A DNA stretch of 64,000 bases, taken from NCBI RefSeq assembly GCF_009914755.1, contig NC_060926.1. The stretch is one strand, 5' to 3'. The notes beneath the pieces were generated by a model, which saw only the letters and a program-made list of their open reading frames with translations, did no database searches and was not told the origin of the DNA. Positions within the stretch are counted from its first letter, which is position 1; each line of letters begins with the position of its first letter. This DNA is from the human T2T-CHM13v2.0 reference genome, Homo sapiens. A program made the position numbers and the translations under genes. Below, piece by piece: positions 1-21,232 of the stretch.

Positions 1-7
1 ATCCTAT

Positions 8-50
8 CACACTCACACACACACACACACATACACACCCACCTCCACAC
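8..50. repeat. (CA)n microsatellite, interrupted
   Basis: CA dinucleotide run seen directly. Confidence 0.85.
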
Positions 51-192
51 ACCTTCAGAGAAAGACAGAGAAAAAGCAGCAGGAAGGGAGAAAAACTTCT
101 CTTTTAAATTTTTTATACTGATAATTTTGGCTTGCTCATCAGAAAAAGGGAAAGGCTCACTGAAAAGGGAGTTATAAAATTCAAAACATGAA

Positions 193-340
193 GCTGGGTG
201 TGGTGGTTTATGCCTGTAATCCCAACGCTTTGGGATGCTGCGTTGGGAAAATCCCTTGAACTCAGCAGAAAAAGGCTGTAACTGTACCACTGGACTTTAC
301 CCTGGGTGAAACCACAAGACCCCCATCTCTTAAAAACAAA
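193..340 (+). mobile_element. Degenerate Alu monomer (FLAM/FRAM-like)
   Basis: GCTGGGTGTGGTGG...TGTAATCCC head and CCCCATCTCTTAAAA tail. Confidence 0.6.
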
Positions 341-446
341 CACCCAAGACATGAAAACAGAGAGGATACCAGAAAAAGATGGGCACACAGCTGTGGTCCA
401 GACTCAGGTTAGATGGACAACAGCACTTGTGGGACATCAGAAAGAC

Positions 447-751
447 TTTTTCTTTTTTCTTTTTTTGAGACAGAGTCTCGCTCTGTCACACAGGCTGCAG
501 TGCAGTGGTGCGATTTTGGCTCACTGCAACCTCTGCCTCCCAGGTTCAAGTGATTCTCCTGCCTCAGCCTCCTGAACAGCTGGGACTACAAGTGTGTGCC
601 ACCACACTCGGCTCATTTTTGTATTTTTAGTAGAGATGGGGTCTCACTGTATTGGCCAGGCTGGTCTTGAATTCCTGGCCTCAAGTGATCTGCCCACCTT
701 GGCAACCCAAAGTGCTAGGATTACAGGAATGAAAACCACCGTGCCCGGCTG
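447..751 (-). mobile_element. Alu (J/S)
   Basis: Poly-T followed by reverse-complement dimeric Alu. Confidence 0.9.
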
Positions 752-1024
752 CCTTATATTTTTCATTCACCAATTTCACAGCTTCTCCTACAAGACCAGA
801 AGATCTGGCACTGGTGAGCCAGCAGTCTGGCACCTAACAACTGCCTGGCACCCGTCAGCAGATGCCCCTCTAAACAAGGTAGGCCGTTTGGGCAGCTGCA
901 GTTGCTACCTGCCTGTCCCAGCTTCTGGATTACAGGAACAATTTGAGAGCAGTCTTGGAAAAGGGACAACACAGGCCTTACCTCCCTATGAGAAAGGAGA
1001 GATGTTCGAGAAGATGGGTGACAA

Positions 1025-1385
<361 letters not shown>

Positions 1386-1679
1386 TCAGTCTCCACCCTG
1401 CCTCTGCTAGGCAGTGCTGCACATTTTTGGCAAGAACAGCTCTCAGCCTGAAATTAACTCAAGGTTCTTCTTGTAAAATAAAAAAGTTGAAAGTTTTAAG
1501 TACATTTTCACACTGATTTGTGCTCCATGAAGAAATGAGTAAAAGTGGGCTACCTCTGAAAATCCTAGAAGAGTAACTTACGTTATGGTGGTCTACGGCA
1601 TGATCATCACATGCCACATTGATACGTATGCCAAAGATATAAACTTCAATCCATTCCTACCATCATACACAAAAATTAA

Positions 1680-2082
<403 letters not shown>

Positions 2083-2122
2083 AAGTTACACAGGTTTATT
2101 AAGTATGGTACCAAAAGCATGA

Positions 2123-2445
<323 letters not shown>

Positions 2446-4144
2446 CTAAACTTTTAAAACCCCTGCTCTTTAAAAGACGTTGTTAAAAGAATGAAAAAGC
2501 CACAGACTGGGAGAAAACACGCATATATCTGATAAGAACTCTCAAAAACTCAACGATAAGAAAACAATAACTGACATACAGTAAAAGCAAATTCTTCACC
2601 AAAGACATACAGAAGGCAAATACGCACATGAAAAGATACTGCTACACATTCACTAGAATGGCTAGAATTAAAAAGACTGACCACACCAAGTGTTGTTAAG
2701 GATGTGGAGGAACGACAACTCACAAACACTGCTGGTAGGAATGTAAAATGGTACCACCACTTTGGAAGACAGTTTGGCAGTTTCTCACAAAGTTAAATAT
2801 ACACTTGCCATAATAACCAGCCACTCAAATCCTCTGTATTTATTTACTCAAGAGAAATCAAAGTGTATGTTCACACAATAACCTGCATATAAATATTAAT
2901 AGCATTTTCATTTGTAATAGCCCAAAATTGCAAATAACCCAAATGTTCATCACATGGTAAATGGATAAGCAAACTGAAGTATTTATTTCCATACAACAAA
3001 ATACTACCTAACAATAAAAAGGAATGAACTGCTAATATACACTACGAGATGGATGGTTCTTTCAAGGCAAAACACAAAAGGAAAACCACTCTAAAGGGAA
3101 AAAATGGGCCAATATGGCAAACAGCTAGGGACTGAAAGTCGAGACTCTAGGCATAACTGTGTCTCACAGTCATGGGAAACCACTGAGAAAAATTCATCTG
3201 GGAGCATCGCTCTGGTTTAAATGGGAAGAACACTAACCCGGGGAAAGAAAGCTTGGGAGCAGGAAGACCAAGTCAAGAACGTTTTTCTCAGGGTGTGAAC
3301 TACGGTCTGAACAAGGGTGGTCATATAGGGTCATAGTGGAAGTGGAAATGGAAACGAAGAGATGGATGTAAGGACAGAATATAAAGGCAGAATTTTATGA
3401 TTAACAAAACAGGAAGAATCTGGGGAAAGGACACTGCTGTTGTCTCCTCCTCTGTCAAAGTTAACTGTGTGAAGCTACTGTTGAGGGATAAAGTTGCCCC
3501 AGCAGTCCCAGGATTAAGGCCAAACCACAGCCTCAGATCAGAGTGTGCACCACCACTGCTGCGGCAGAAAGGCAAAGCCCCGTGTGGGTGAAAAAAGTCC
3601 AAAAGGAACCAACACCAGAGAGTGCAGGCTCCTAGCAGGAAATCCCACTAAATAACCAATCTCCTCAAGATTCAGACCCAAACCAATTCCACTTTTAATA
3701 TTAACAGTGATTTCCAAAATCTAAAAATATTCATCTATACATTACATGGAAAATAATACTTTTTTAAAAAATATTATCAGAGTGCTAAAGTAGTCTAACC
3801 AAAAATTATCTCTAAAAACATTAACATGGAAATTCCACCTGTTGGCATGGCAAGAAATTCTTCAATTTCTAGTAGGTGATACTATTTCATGAACAGATGC
3901 TCTGGCAGAGTTAACAACCTAGTGATTACAGATTTGCCTTGTGGGAGGACATGAGAAACACAGTATATAAAGCTTCAGTGCAGTAAGAATTAAGCTTTTG
4001 TTGCACTTATCAACAGGCTAACTTAATGAACTTGAGAAATCGACTCAACCAAGTCCTAATTCTATACCCACCCCTCTCAAAATCCACCCCTTCACCTTTC
4101 TCTCCCAGCTGTACGTACAAAGCATTTTACCACCCAGCACATAC

Positions 4145-4228
4145 CTGTTTGGAAGGTAGGATTCGCTCCAGGATACATGTTAGGAGAATAGGCAGGAGCT
4201 GCTGCTGCATAGCCCATGGGAAAACCAG
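4145..4228 (-). CDS. FAM168B: FAM168B coding exon 3 (84 nt, phase 1-1); gene continues beyond the left edge
   Basis: Continues the frame: (A)GFPMGYAAAAPAYSPNMYPGANPTFQT(G). Acceptor TTCTTCAG, donor CAG|GTATGT. Confidence 0.96.
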
Positions 4229-4267
4229 CTGAAGAAAAATAAAGAACAATCTCATGTCATCAACTGA

Positions 4268-5050
<783 letters not shown>

Positions 5051-5387
5051 TCAATTATAACATTTCTGGAAGTTTCATTCCAAACTCTAATCACATAATT
5101 ACTTAGCAAGAGTAGTAAGAGTGCTAAGGGTATCACACGCTAGGTCCTGTTACCCTCATCTGACTTCACTGCACAAAGTCTGGAAGAATCAGAATTCAAG
5201 TCTAGCTTGGACTCAAGGGCCTATTTTTGCTGCTACCAGTGAACAGCTAAGCCTATGTAAAGGTCACTCATTTTCACTGAATTCCGACATTTCCTACATT
5301 ACATATTTTGACTTAAAAGCTATTATTTTTTGTTGTAAGAAACTGTTTTAAACTTCTAAATTCATTTCAGGTTTTTTCACATTCTGA

Positions 5388-5729
<342 letters not shown>

Positions 5730-6051
5730 TAATATGTTTTCATATGTCCTCTCCAAAGCTCACGTTAAAATTTGTCATTTTAACAGCACTGAGAGGTGGG
5801 ACATTTAATAGGTGACGGCTTTATTATGAAAGTGGGTTCCTGATAAAAAGGACAAGTTCAGCCCCCTTTCTCTCTGACGCACTCGCTGCCCTTCCACCAT
5901 CCATCACAAGAGGATAGAGCCCAAAAGCCCTCACGAGATGCCATCGCCATGCTCTTGGACTTCCCTAACCTCCAGAACCAAGAGCCTAATAAATTTCTGT
6001 TCATTATCCAGCTTGATATTCTGCTAAAGCAGCAGAAAACAAATTAAGACA
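5730..6051 (+). mobile_element. MaLR solo LTR (MST/MLT1A-like)
   Basis: TGTCCTCTCCAAAGCTCACGTT.., TTGGACTTCCC..CCTCCAGAAC..AATAAATTTCTGTTC, end GCAGAAAACAAATTAAGACA. Confidence 0.65.
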
Positions 6052-6411
6052 CCAGTCATAAACCCAGGCTGTGTCTTACTTAAGCTTCAGTCTTCTTACA
6101 GAAGGAGCTCTAACTGGGAATGCATACACACAGAAATGGGAAAAATCCAACTACAGTCCACGTGCAAATAAGCTGACCTTTATTAATACAAATGAGGAAT
6201 CTTATTAAGACTAAACCATGACCTAGTAATTCATAATATGAACGAAACAGAAACATCAAATAAGACATTGAGTGCTACAGTCAGAATCCTGGCCCCAAGG
6301 TGCAACCAACAGAGGGGGCCTCAGGCATCTGCCCTTTTCGATAAGGCCTCCCTTCCCTTTGGGCTGACCCCTCTGGCTCACAGTACAGGAGGCATCACTT
6401 GTGACAGCTGA

Positions 6412-6812
<401 letters not shown>

Positions 6813-7786
6813 TAACTTCTCTACTGCACACTTCCTTCACCTGTAAATAAAGTTGAAAGAGAAGAGCAGTCTTCAAAAGAAACTGTGTTGAGGAGGCCTG
6901 GAGAAAGGTGTCTCTTACAGCACTTGGACTGGGATTTTTAAGGTGTTACGATCCCTTAGGAACAAATCATGGTGCTAACAGTAACCAAAGCAAGGAAGCC
7001 CTAAGGTTGAGGTAAAAACAGGGGGGATCTGAGTGGAATGCCAAAAGGAAAATCTTTGTAGGTGGGACAGAAAGTTCTGAATACAGCTCCTCACGTGCCT
7101 CCCTTCGGCCCCCTCAGCCTGGATCCCTTGCTCTATTGCCCTGCATCCCTAAGCCATCTTGCAGGTTTCTGTGGGAACAGGAGGCATCAGTGTCACCAAG
7201 CCCTAGCCCCAGAATCCCTCCAAGTGCCCAGTTCTCATCTTTATCCTTGCTTCAAAGTTGCTTTCCTCACTTCAAACTGATCCCCCTCTACCTCAGCAGA
7301 AGCCATTCCGGGTTTCCCTCCTGGACTCTCACCCTCCCGTTTGCCCTCTCTAATTAGTCAGAGAACAGAGTGTGGTGGACGTCAAGGGCAGATTCAACTT
7401 CAAAGAGACCCACAATGGCCACTGGAAAGACCAGGACAGCAGTTCTGGGGATGCTGAGAGACTCCTCAGAAGCCCAATTGTGAGCACAGGAAGACCAAGA
7501 AAGGTCTGGAACTGCCCTCAGAGACCAGGGAACCAGCAAGATTTTTTTTTCCAATGGTTTCCTTCTTTTAAAAAAAAAAAAAAAAGTTTCAACTACCACT
7601 GACCTAGATCATATCCTGTAGGCCTCTGCAATAATTTCCAGAAATTCCAAATTCCTCATCTCTCCCTAAAACTCTACCAATATATTCTCATGGGAAGAGG
7701 GCTGCTCTGGATTTGTTTGCTGAAGATTGTGTTTAACGGTCCCTGAAAAACTACTGTCTTCTTTGCTTAGTCCTTCCCATCCCCAC

Positions 7787-8082
7787 TTTCTTTCTTTTTT
7801 TTTTTTTGAGACGGAGTCTTGCTCTGTCGCCCAGGCTGGAATGCAGTGGCGTGATCTCGGCTTACTGCAAGCTCCGCCTCCTGGGTTCACGCCATTCTCC
7901 TACCTCAGCCTCCTGAGTGGCTAGGACTACAGGGGCCCGTGCCCGGCTAATTTTTTGTATTTTTAGTAGAGACAGGGTTTCACCATGTTAGCCAGGATGG
8001 TCTCGATCTACATACCTCGTGATCCGCCCACCCCGGCCTCCCAAAGTGCTGGGATTACAGGCACGAGCCACCGCGCCCGGCC
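7787..8082 (-). mobile_element. AluY
   Basis: Y diagnostics, poly-T. Confidence 0.88.
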
Positions 8083-8674
8083 CCCCAGTTTCTAACAAGA
8101 AGTTAACACATCCTATAATGAAACAGCAAACACACACGATAGTATTTAAGATGGCATCACTAGCCACCAGCAACAAGATGCACTACATACCTGGTCTCTG
8201 GTATGGGGATCAAAGACTCCCAATCTCCTAGACAGCCTCTGCTGCTTCCGTGCTCCCATCGCCTCATCCCATCAGCCACATCCCACTTGCTCTGTCACCA
8301 CTCTGACCCAAGCCGCAGCGTGGCTCCCCTCACTATCTCCAATGATTTCTACCTGGACTGCACAAAACCCACAGGGGCAGCTTTGGGAGGACCCCCAACA
8401 CTGCTTTAGCTGGTCTCGGGTGCACCAGCCTCTTTTTTCTCATTCTCTCCAGACAGTGAATCTGCAGGGTTCCAAGCAACGGAGTTAAGAATCACTGTTT
8501 CTTCCTATTCCTGATCTTTCTGGGTACCCCAACCCCCAGCAGACACAGAGACCGTCTCCTTCAGCATCTATTCTAGCCCTCTTCTGGCATGGTAGGCTGG
8601 AAAGGCCAGACTCCCTACATCAAGGCACCAGAGCGATCCCAAACCTGAATCATTTCTACAAGACTGATCACCTT

Positions 8675-9580
<906 letters not shown>

Positions 9581-10089
9581 GAGCAACGCCGCCTGCATCT
9601 CTTTTCCAGAAAGAACCTACTGTTCAGCCAGGAGAAGTATGTGGGTCAACAGTCTCAGGAGCAGGACCAGGCCGCTGGTGCCTCATGTCGGCCTCCAACT
9701 GCTAACCCTTGCCCCAGAGCACCCGTGGGCTGGCCATGAGTTCGGCAAATGTGCCTCACAGTCTGAGGCTCTCCCTAATTCTACTTCCTCCCTGCTGGAT
9801 TTTCCTATGTGATAGCCCCCCCAAAATGTTTATGTTCCTAACTCCATCCCAGTGTCCACTACCATTTGTGGAACAAAGGAGAAATTAGGATCTACAGCCT
9901 TGTTGACCTGGGCGGTGCTTGTCAATTCTCAGCATGGGCAAGAGGCCAAGTCTAGGTTCTCCCTGGACAGAAGGCCGTGGCTGGAGGACAGAGAAACATG
10001 GGTTTTGGTGATCTTGAAGGGCTGTAGTGATAAAATTGGACCTCAGATGAGCTTCAAAACCAGTTAAAGTCTGCTTTAAGACATATGTC

Positions 10090-11345
10090 AAATTCTAAAG
10101 CTACCCCAGCAGACAGCAAAAACCAAAAATCTCTGAAACGCAGAGTTTTCCTTACTCCCCTGGTGTAAGAGACAAAGATCAGGGTACGGATCCACAAGAG
10201 GGATGGACTGTGCAGAGCATGTCAGGCTTATGGAAACCCTGCGCTCCAGAATAAGGGCAGAACAAAGGGAGACCAAGCCTTGCCAAAACTGAAATGCATC
10301 TAAGCCCAGCTCCAAGTGGATTAAGAAGACCATTCAGCATGCTACCTTCCCAGCAAAAGAAGACATCATCAGTGAAACCACCCATAATTTCTAATACACT
10401 GCGTGAGACAGTTAATGAAAAACACCAGGCATGCCAAGACAGGACCATGTGACGGAAAAACAAAAGAACAGAACAAATGGACAATAAAAACTGACGCACA
10501 GGTGATCCAGAGACTGCAGTTAGCAAACAGTTTTTAAAATAACTCAGTAGTATGTTGGAAAAAACAGAAGATGGAGAAAATACATAAAAAGACTTGATTC
10601 AATACATGAATTATAGCAAATTAGAGCAGAATTAGCAGGACAAATGGAAGCAGATCAGTATAAACTATCTGTATTAAAGCTCATGGAGAAAAAAACAGAA
10701 ACTATAAAACAGGGTGCAAGAGACAGAAAGGACAGACTGAAATGGTCTAAAACACTTATAGATGGAGTTCCAGGAGAGGAGAGAAAGGGACAAAAACAAT
10801 ATTTGAAGAGCTACTGCTACTGCTGGAAGAAATCAACTCAGAGTCAAGAGGTTCTCTGAACACTATGCAAGGTAAATACAAATAAAATCGCATCTAGTTA
10901 CATCATGGTAAAAGCAAAGATATTTTCAAAGTAGCAAGGTACACGGGTTGGGGGAAATGTAGAGAAGAAACATGATTTCAAAGAGGCAAAAATTATTCTG
11001 GGCCGGGCACAGTGGCTCAGGCCTGTACTCCCAGTACTTTGGGAGGCTGAGGTGGGATGAGCACAGGAGTTTGAGATCAGCCTGGGCAACACAGTGAGAC
11101 CCGATCTCTACAAAAATTAAAATTAAAAAATTATTCAGGCATGGTAGCGCACACCTGTAGTCCCAGCTACTTGGGAGGCTGAGGCAGGAGGATCCCTTGA
11201 GTCCAAGGAGTTTGAGGCTGCAGTGAGCCGTGACTACACCACTGCACTGGGGCCTGAATGACAGAGCAAGACCCTTTCACAAAAAAAAAAAAAAAAATTA
11301 TTTTGACAGAAACCAGATGACAAATTTTATCTTTAAAGTGCTGAG
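10090..11345 (+). mobile_element. Old L1M ORF1-like region containing AluJ at 11001-11297
   Basis: A-rich decayed ORF1-like sequence (GGAGTTCCAGGAGAGGAGAGA..AAACAATATTTGAAGAG) and an Alu dimer. Confidence 0.55.
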
Positions 11346-12033
11346 AGGAAATAATGTGACATTATTCGGGAAAATAATCTTCACAGATGTGATTAAGTGA
11401 AGGATCTTGAGATGAGGTCATTCTGGAATCCTGGACTGCCCAGGCTGGCTCTAAATCCAATGACAAGTGTCCTTATAAAAAACACACAGGGCCGGGCACG
11501 GTGGCTCAGGCCTGTAATCCCAGCACTTTGGGAGGCCAATCACCTGAGGTCAGGAGTTTAAGACCAGCCTGGCCAACATGGTGAAACCCTATCTCTACTA
11601 AAAATACAAAAATTAGTCGGGCGTGGTGGCACGCACCACGTACCTGTAATCCCAGCTGCTCAGGAGGCTGAGGCAGGAGAATCACTTGAACTTGGGAGGC
11701 AGATGTTGCAGAGAGCCAAGATCACGCCACTGCACTCCAGCCTGGGTGACAAGAGTGAGACTTCGTCTCAAAACAAACACACAAAAGACACACAGGAGAG
11801 GATGTGACCATGGAGGCAGAAATGGGAGTGATGCAGCCACAAAGCCACATGCTAAAGACTGCAGACAGCCACCAGAAACTAGAAGATGCAAGGAATGGAT
11901 TTTCCTCTGGGCCTGCACTAGGAGTACAGACCTGCCAACGCCTTGATTTCGAACCTCTGGGAATACATCTCTATGGCTTTAACCCACCAAGTTTGTGGTT
12001 ACCTGTTATAGCAGCCACAAAAAAAACAAACAC
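11345..12033 (+). mobile_element. MLT1 (B/C-type) LTR split by AluSx at 11491-11790
   Basis: CAGATGTGATTAAG..AGGATCTTGAGATGAG, GGAGGCAGA..GGAGTGATGCAGCCACAAAGCC. Duplicated ACACACAGG flanks the Alu. Confidence 0.75.
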
Positions 12034-12128
12034 ACCCGGCAAAAGAATGCCTCAAAAGAAAAGCAAAATAAAGACAATTTCACAAAACAAAATTCACTAA
12101 CAGACTTGTGGTTTAAAAAAAAAAATGT

Positions 12129-13264
<1,136 letters not shown>

Positions 13265-14269
13265 GTCACTCCTTTTCTTACAGTTTCTCTACTCAGCCCT
13301 TCTGGAGAAGAGCTCCAGATGTTTCTTTACTGTTCTGTTTTCCTCCCTTTCCTTATGTTGCATTCTGGTTCTCTCTTAACCAGTGTCTTGTCTTGATATT
13401 AACCTGAAATTTGTTCATATGCCATTTTGTTTCATTTCTTAAAGTTCCAGCTAGTTCTTTTTTCTCAGCATCTTGTTCCCCTCTTATGTTTCTGATTCTT
13501 TCTTTTATATCTGCAATTCTTCTAAACTTGGCTATGTGACATAGCATCTACCTGATGGTTCTTCTCCTGCAGTCTGTCATGGCTGGTGCCTCTTACTTGA
13601 TGGGAGGCATCCCATGCTAGCAGGCAGAACTTTGCCTGCAGGAAGCCCACGCAACCTGGGTTGTGAACATATGCCCCCACAGCAGTTCTGCATTCGCTGC
13701 TGTCAGGAGCTCCAGGAGTAACCAAGCCTGGAGACTATTTTTACGTTAATTTCTCAACTTCTGAACCCCTGGGGAGTATAATACAAGCTAGAGCCCCAAA
13801 CATCTCTGAATGCTTACAAAGTCTTAGTAAAGATCTCCCGCTTCTCAGAGCCCAAGCATATAAACTTCCTTATGGGGCCACTGGACGACTAGACTGTTTA
13901 GTCTATCTCTTTGCTGAGAGTATCACCCTCCAGAGGGACGAGAATGACTGATAAGAAGTCTCACTCTCATTCCCTGTCGCAAGGGTCCTAATACTCAATC
14001 TCTATCCCCATGTGGGTTGTTAAAACCCACAAATAGCACATGTGCCCAGGACAGGCACGACATTAGTTCAAAGGCCAAGTTAGCTGGGTTTAACATGGCC
14101 TTCACATTTGACCCCAGATATCTCTCTTACCTCCTGCAAGTTCAGTTATACATTTGTAAAATGTTTTATTTCACTTTCTGAGAGTCTTAGCAACAAAGTT
14201 TTGGGGTTATCTCTTCTACCATATTATCAAAACCCAAAATGAAACTGTATCATTATAAATAACTACTCC

Positions 14270-14812
14270 TTGTGCAAAGTCACCGAAGGGAACAACCATT
14301 TGCTATTTTTGACCAACCAGCTCCTATCCCCTCAATATCCATTTCGCTGCAACCCTCACTTGCAGTCCATATTTGACTAGCTGACTCCACTAAAGGGATG
14401 TGGATCAGGCCTAAGTCAATCAGCAGACTCCCCTTTGTGGCCCAGGGATGGATGCTGAGTTTAATCAGAACAAAGCCCAGGACTGGTTTGAATAGAGAAC
14501 AAGCAGTCCCATCAGGCTTTCCTGTAGAGTGGAGGTAAAGAGGCTCTTAGTGAGGGACTACTGGGAGGGGCCTGAACTTCAGAGACCACAATGAGAAGGA
14601 GTGGGACCTGTGACCAACACTAAGTTAATACTGAGGAAGCGAAGCTGAGACCAGGAGGTAGAGAAACTAGATCCTGGTCCCAACTGCTGGAGCCACTAGA
14701 TCAAGTTTTGACCAAATCCAGTCCTATCATTTGATTTTTCACTTCCAGGTATTTTCTTTCTTGTCTAAGCCACTTTGAGCTGCGTTTGTCAATAGAAAGC
14801 ATTCTTAGTGAC
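14270..14812 (+). mobile_element. Old MLT1 (J/K-like) LTR
   Basis: CAGGCCTAAGTCAATCAG, GAGCCACTAGATCAAG, end TAAGCCACTTTGAGC..GAAAGCATTCTTAGTGACA. Confidence 0.5.
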
Positions 14813-14870
14813 ATGAAAATATACCAAGTATTCAAAGTTCAAAAATGAAAACAAAATTTTACTTACTTAC

Positions 14871-14940
14871 CTGGATAACCAATTCCTTTGGCATTTGCAT
14901 AGGGAACCCCAGAAGATCCAGGACTATAAACAGGATTCAT
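14871..14940 (-). CDS. FAM168B: FAM168B (myelin-associated neurite-outgrowth inhibitor) first coding exon; whole exon 14871-14951 includes 11 nt UTR
   Basis: Translates MNPVYSPGSSGVPYANAKGIGYP plus 1 nt, the recognised FAM168B N-terminus. Pyrimidine-tract acceptor TTTTAG (plus CT 14952-14953), donor CAG|GTAAGT. Confidence 0.96.
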
Positions 14941-15232
14941 GATTTCAAAAACTAAAAGAAAAAAAAGGGAATTTAGCCAAGCACTTTTGCTCTCAGATTT
15001 TTCTCCAGTACCAGTCCCCAAAAAGCAGGTAGCTAGAGTCCTTTCTCTAGGCTGCTATAAAACAATGCATTTCATGCTGCCCCCAACCAGCGAAGAACAG
15101 AAAAGGGACACTCGATGTCCTAATGGGTGCCAAACCAGGGCATGATAAACTTTTTTTCACAATTCTCCTCAGTCCATCAGAAGCTAAGGAGTAAAAATTG
15201 TTAGCTATATGTCCACTAAAAGCAAGGGGAAA

Positions 15233-15842
<610 letters not shown>

Positions 15843-16168
15843 CATGGGGAAAACCCTACAAGTAACCAAAATGTTCTTCTAACAGAGGATAGTTAAGTTA
15901 ACCAAGACATATCCAGAACATGAAATATCACGCAGCTGCTTTTCAAGAAATGTTTAAAAACAGAATAATACAATGTTAAGTGAAAACAAAGTAGAGTATT
16001 ATACTGCATCCTGCATTACACAGTATGATCCCATATAAACACCTATGTGTATAAAAATGTGCATCCCTGGCACAAACAGAAAAAAAGTCTGAAAAGAAAT
16101 ATATAAAAATATGAACAGTGATTGACTCTAGATGGGAGTGGATTTAGTGGTCCTTTTGCAATTTCCTG

Positions 16169-17272
<1,104 letters not shown>

Positions 17273-17364
17273 ATTAAAGTGTAAGCTTTCACTATTCCTC
17301 ATCTGGTAAATCACTCACTGACGTATGTGGTTATAAAGATTAAGGTGATCTTTAAGATTAAAAC

Positions 17365-17575
17365 AGCATGTGTGGGGGTAGGGGGGTATATGGGAACTCT
17401 CTGTACCTTCTGCTCAATTTTGCTGTGAACCTAAAACTGCTAGACCTAAAAAAAAGTCTATTTTTAGGCTGAGTACAATGGCTCATGCCTGTATTCCCAG
17501 CACTGTGGGAGGATCGCTTGAGGCCAGGAGTTCAAGACCAGCCTGGGCAATATAATAAGGTTCCATCTCTGAAAA
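17365..17575 (+). mobile_element. L1MB 3' end fragment followed by FLAM
   Basis: TATATGGGAACTCTCTGTACCTTCTGCTCAATTTTGCTGTGAACCTAAAACTGCT, then an Alu monomer. Confidence 0.7.
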
Positions 17576-18080
17576 ACATGTAATAAGTAACAAAACACAA
17601 AATGTGCATTTTATGTCTGTCTTCCCCACATCCCCATTTAGAATGTAGCCAAAACAAGCAGGGAACAGTTGCACTTGGTTCTGTTTAAAGGCAATATCTC
17701 CAGCATCAATAACAACATCTGGTACAAAATAGCTGCAACTACCTACCGACTTTCTAAAAAACAAATGCCTTTCAGAACACTCTAGGTGTCAAAATCCATT
17801 ACGAAGACAAAATACAAAAAGAAACCACTTCAAATTTTCAGCTCATTTGTCTCATTTAGAATATTCACAACCAAGCAATCCTGTAGTAAGAAGAAAATAT
17901 TAGGTCACATCCTTAGCCTCTGTAACAGGAAGTTCTGGATTAAATCAGGAATAAACTGGCAACTTTAGTAACTAAAACATTCATTACCTGAACTGTCTAA
18001 TTTTTTTAAACTTCTAAACCAAATCCAAATGCCAGATTTGTCATGCCATTCACAACTACAGCTACGTGATAGGTCTTGAC

Positions 18081-18995
18081 CAGCACTGACCAACAAAACT
18101 TTGTACAATGACCACATCCTTCTCCATCTGTGCTGTCCCCTACAGCAGCCGCCTGCCAAGAGTGCTGAGCATCTGAAAAGTAAGGCTAAATGAGGCTACT
18201 GTGAGATTGATCTTTTAGCTTTATTTAACTTCAACATAAGTAGTCACATGTGGCTAGTGGTTACTATACTGGACAGTGCAGGCCTACAGTTCAGAGTAGG
18301 GAGGAAACAAGTATACAAAGGCATAGCAGGTAGGCAGGAGAATCAATTGTGTGTCTTACCCTACAGTTTAGGAATAAACATACTAGCAACTGCCAATCCC
18401 TAGTCCCCTGTACTTTTAACCCATGCTTGGCGGATCTGCAACCAAGAAATTGTGGGGGTCTGCAAATACTTCACCTACTTCTCTGGTTCAACTATCATCT
18501 CTCAAGAAGCAAATATTTCCCAAATGTTATTTCTTTCTTCTGTGCCAGGAGCTACTAATTTTTATTTCTTAATTGAATTCCAGATAAGCAAAGCACTACA
18601 CAAAGGCCACAGAGAAAACAAAATGGCAAGTCACAATCTCTTCTGAGTTTTACAATCTGGAAAAGCGCTGTCCAACAGAACTGTTCACAAAGATGGAAAC
18701 GAGCCCTGGCAATATGGCAAGACCCTGTCTCTACAAAAAGTAAAAAGATCAGCTGGATGCGGTGGTGCACACCTGTGGTCCCAGCTACTTGAGATCAATT
18801 GAGTCCAGGAGTTCGAGGCTGCAGTGAGCTATGATCGTTATCACTGCAGTCCAGCCTAGACAATGGAGCAAGACCCTATCTCAAAAACAAAGATGAAAGC
18901 CTGTCTGTACTATCCAAATATGGTAAGTGAATTTTTAGTTTAATTAACTTCAACAGTCCTATGTAGGTGACAGCCATCGTATTGGACAGTGCAAA
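18081..18995. mobile_element. Two MER3-like hAT-Charlie MITEs (18081-18282, 18664-18995), the second split by a partial AluJ (18701-18890)
   Basis: Termini GCGCTGTCCAA..AGAACT and TTGGACAGTGCA. Confidence 0.6.
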
Positions 18996-19153
18996 CATAT
19001 ACATAATAAGATTAAAAGTATGAATACTTTCTGATACAAGGCAACAAGTGTTAAGAGTCACAAGAGAATAGTGTTCTGAGGGCTGAGAGGGGAGAGCAAA
19101 AATTCTGTGGAGGAGGGAAGAAATAGGAAAAACTTGATTAAAGGGCAGCGTTA

Positions 19154-20704
<1,551 letters not shown>

Positions 20705-20931
20705 TTATGTAAATGCTAATAATCTTTACATCAAGATGTTGCATATAAGGTTATGCACTGTACTGCCCCATTTTCAATTCTGCATAATGCAAAACTAAAG
20801 AAAAAACACACCATCACCAATCTACCTGAAATGTTAGTGCTACTAAAATCTCCCTGCAACCACCAACTTTCCAGTCTAATTTGCTGTGGACTAAGAAACC
20901 CAAACCCAAGGCTGGATCTAGAGCGTACCAC

Positions 20932-21232
20932 TTTTTTTTTTTTTTTTTTGAGACAGAGTTTTCACTTTTGTTGCCCAGGCTGGAGTGCAATGGCGCGATC
21001 TCAGCTCACCGCAACTTCTGACTCCCAGGTTCAAGCGATTCTCCTGTCTCAGCCTCCTGAGTAGCTGGGATTACAGGCATGTGCCACCACACCCAGCTAA
21101 TTTTGTATTTTTAGTAGAGACGGGGTTTCTCCACGTTGGTCAGGTTGGTCTCGAACTTCCGACCTCAGGTGATCCGCCAGTCTTGGCCTCCCAAAGTGCT
21201 GGGATTACAGGCGTGAGCCACTGCACCGGGCC
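20932..21232 (-). mobile_element. AluSp
   Basis: GCAATGG, CTCACCGCAAC, TTTCTCCA, GGTCAGG diagnostics. Confidence 0.85.

Noticed and set aside
7372-7602. Non-repeat ORF followed by an A run, as a possible processed pseudogene
   Set aside because: No recognisable protein, no ATG start, and no poly(A) signal or TSD that I can identify. A BLAST search would be needed to revive it.
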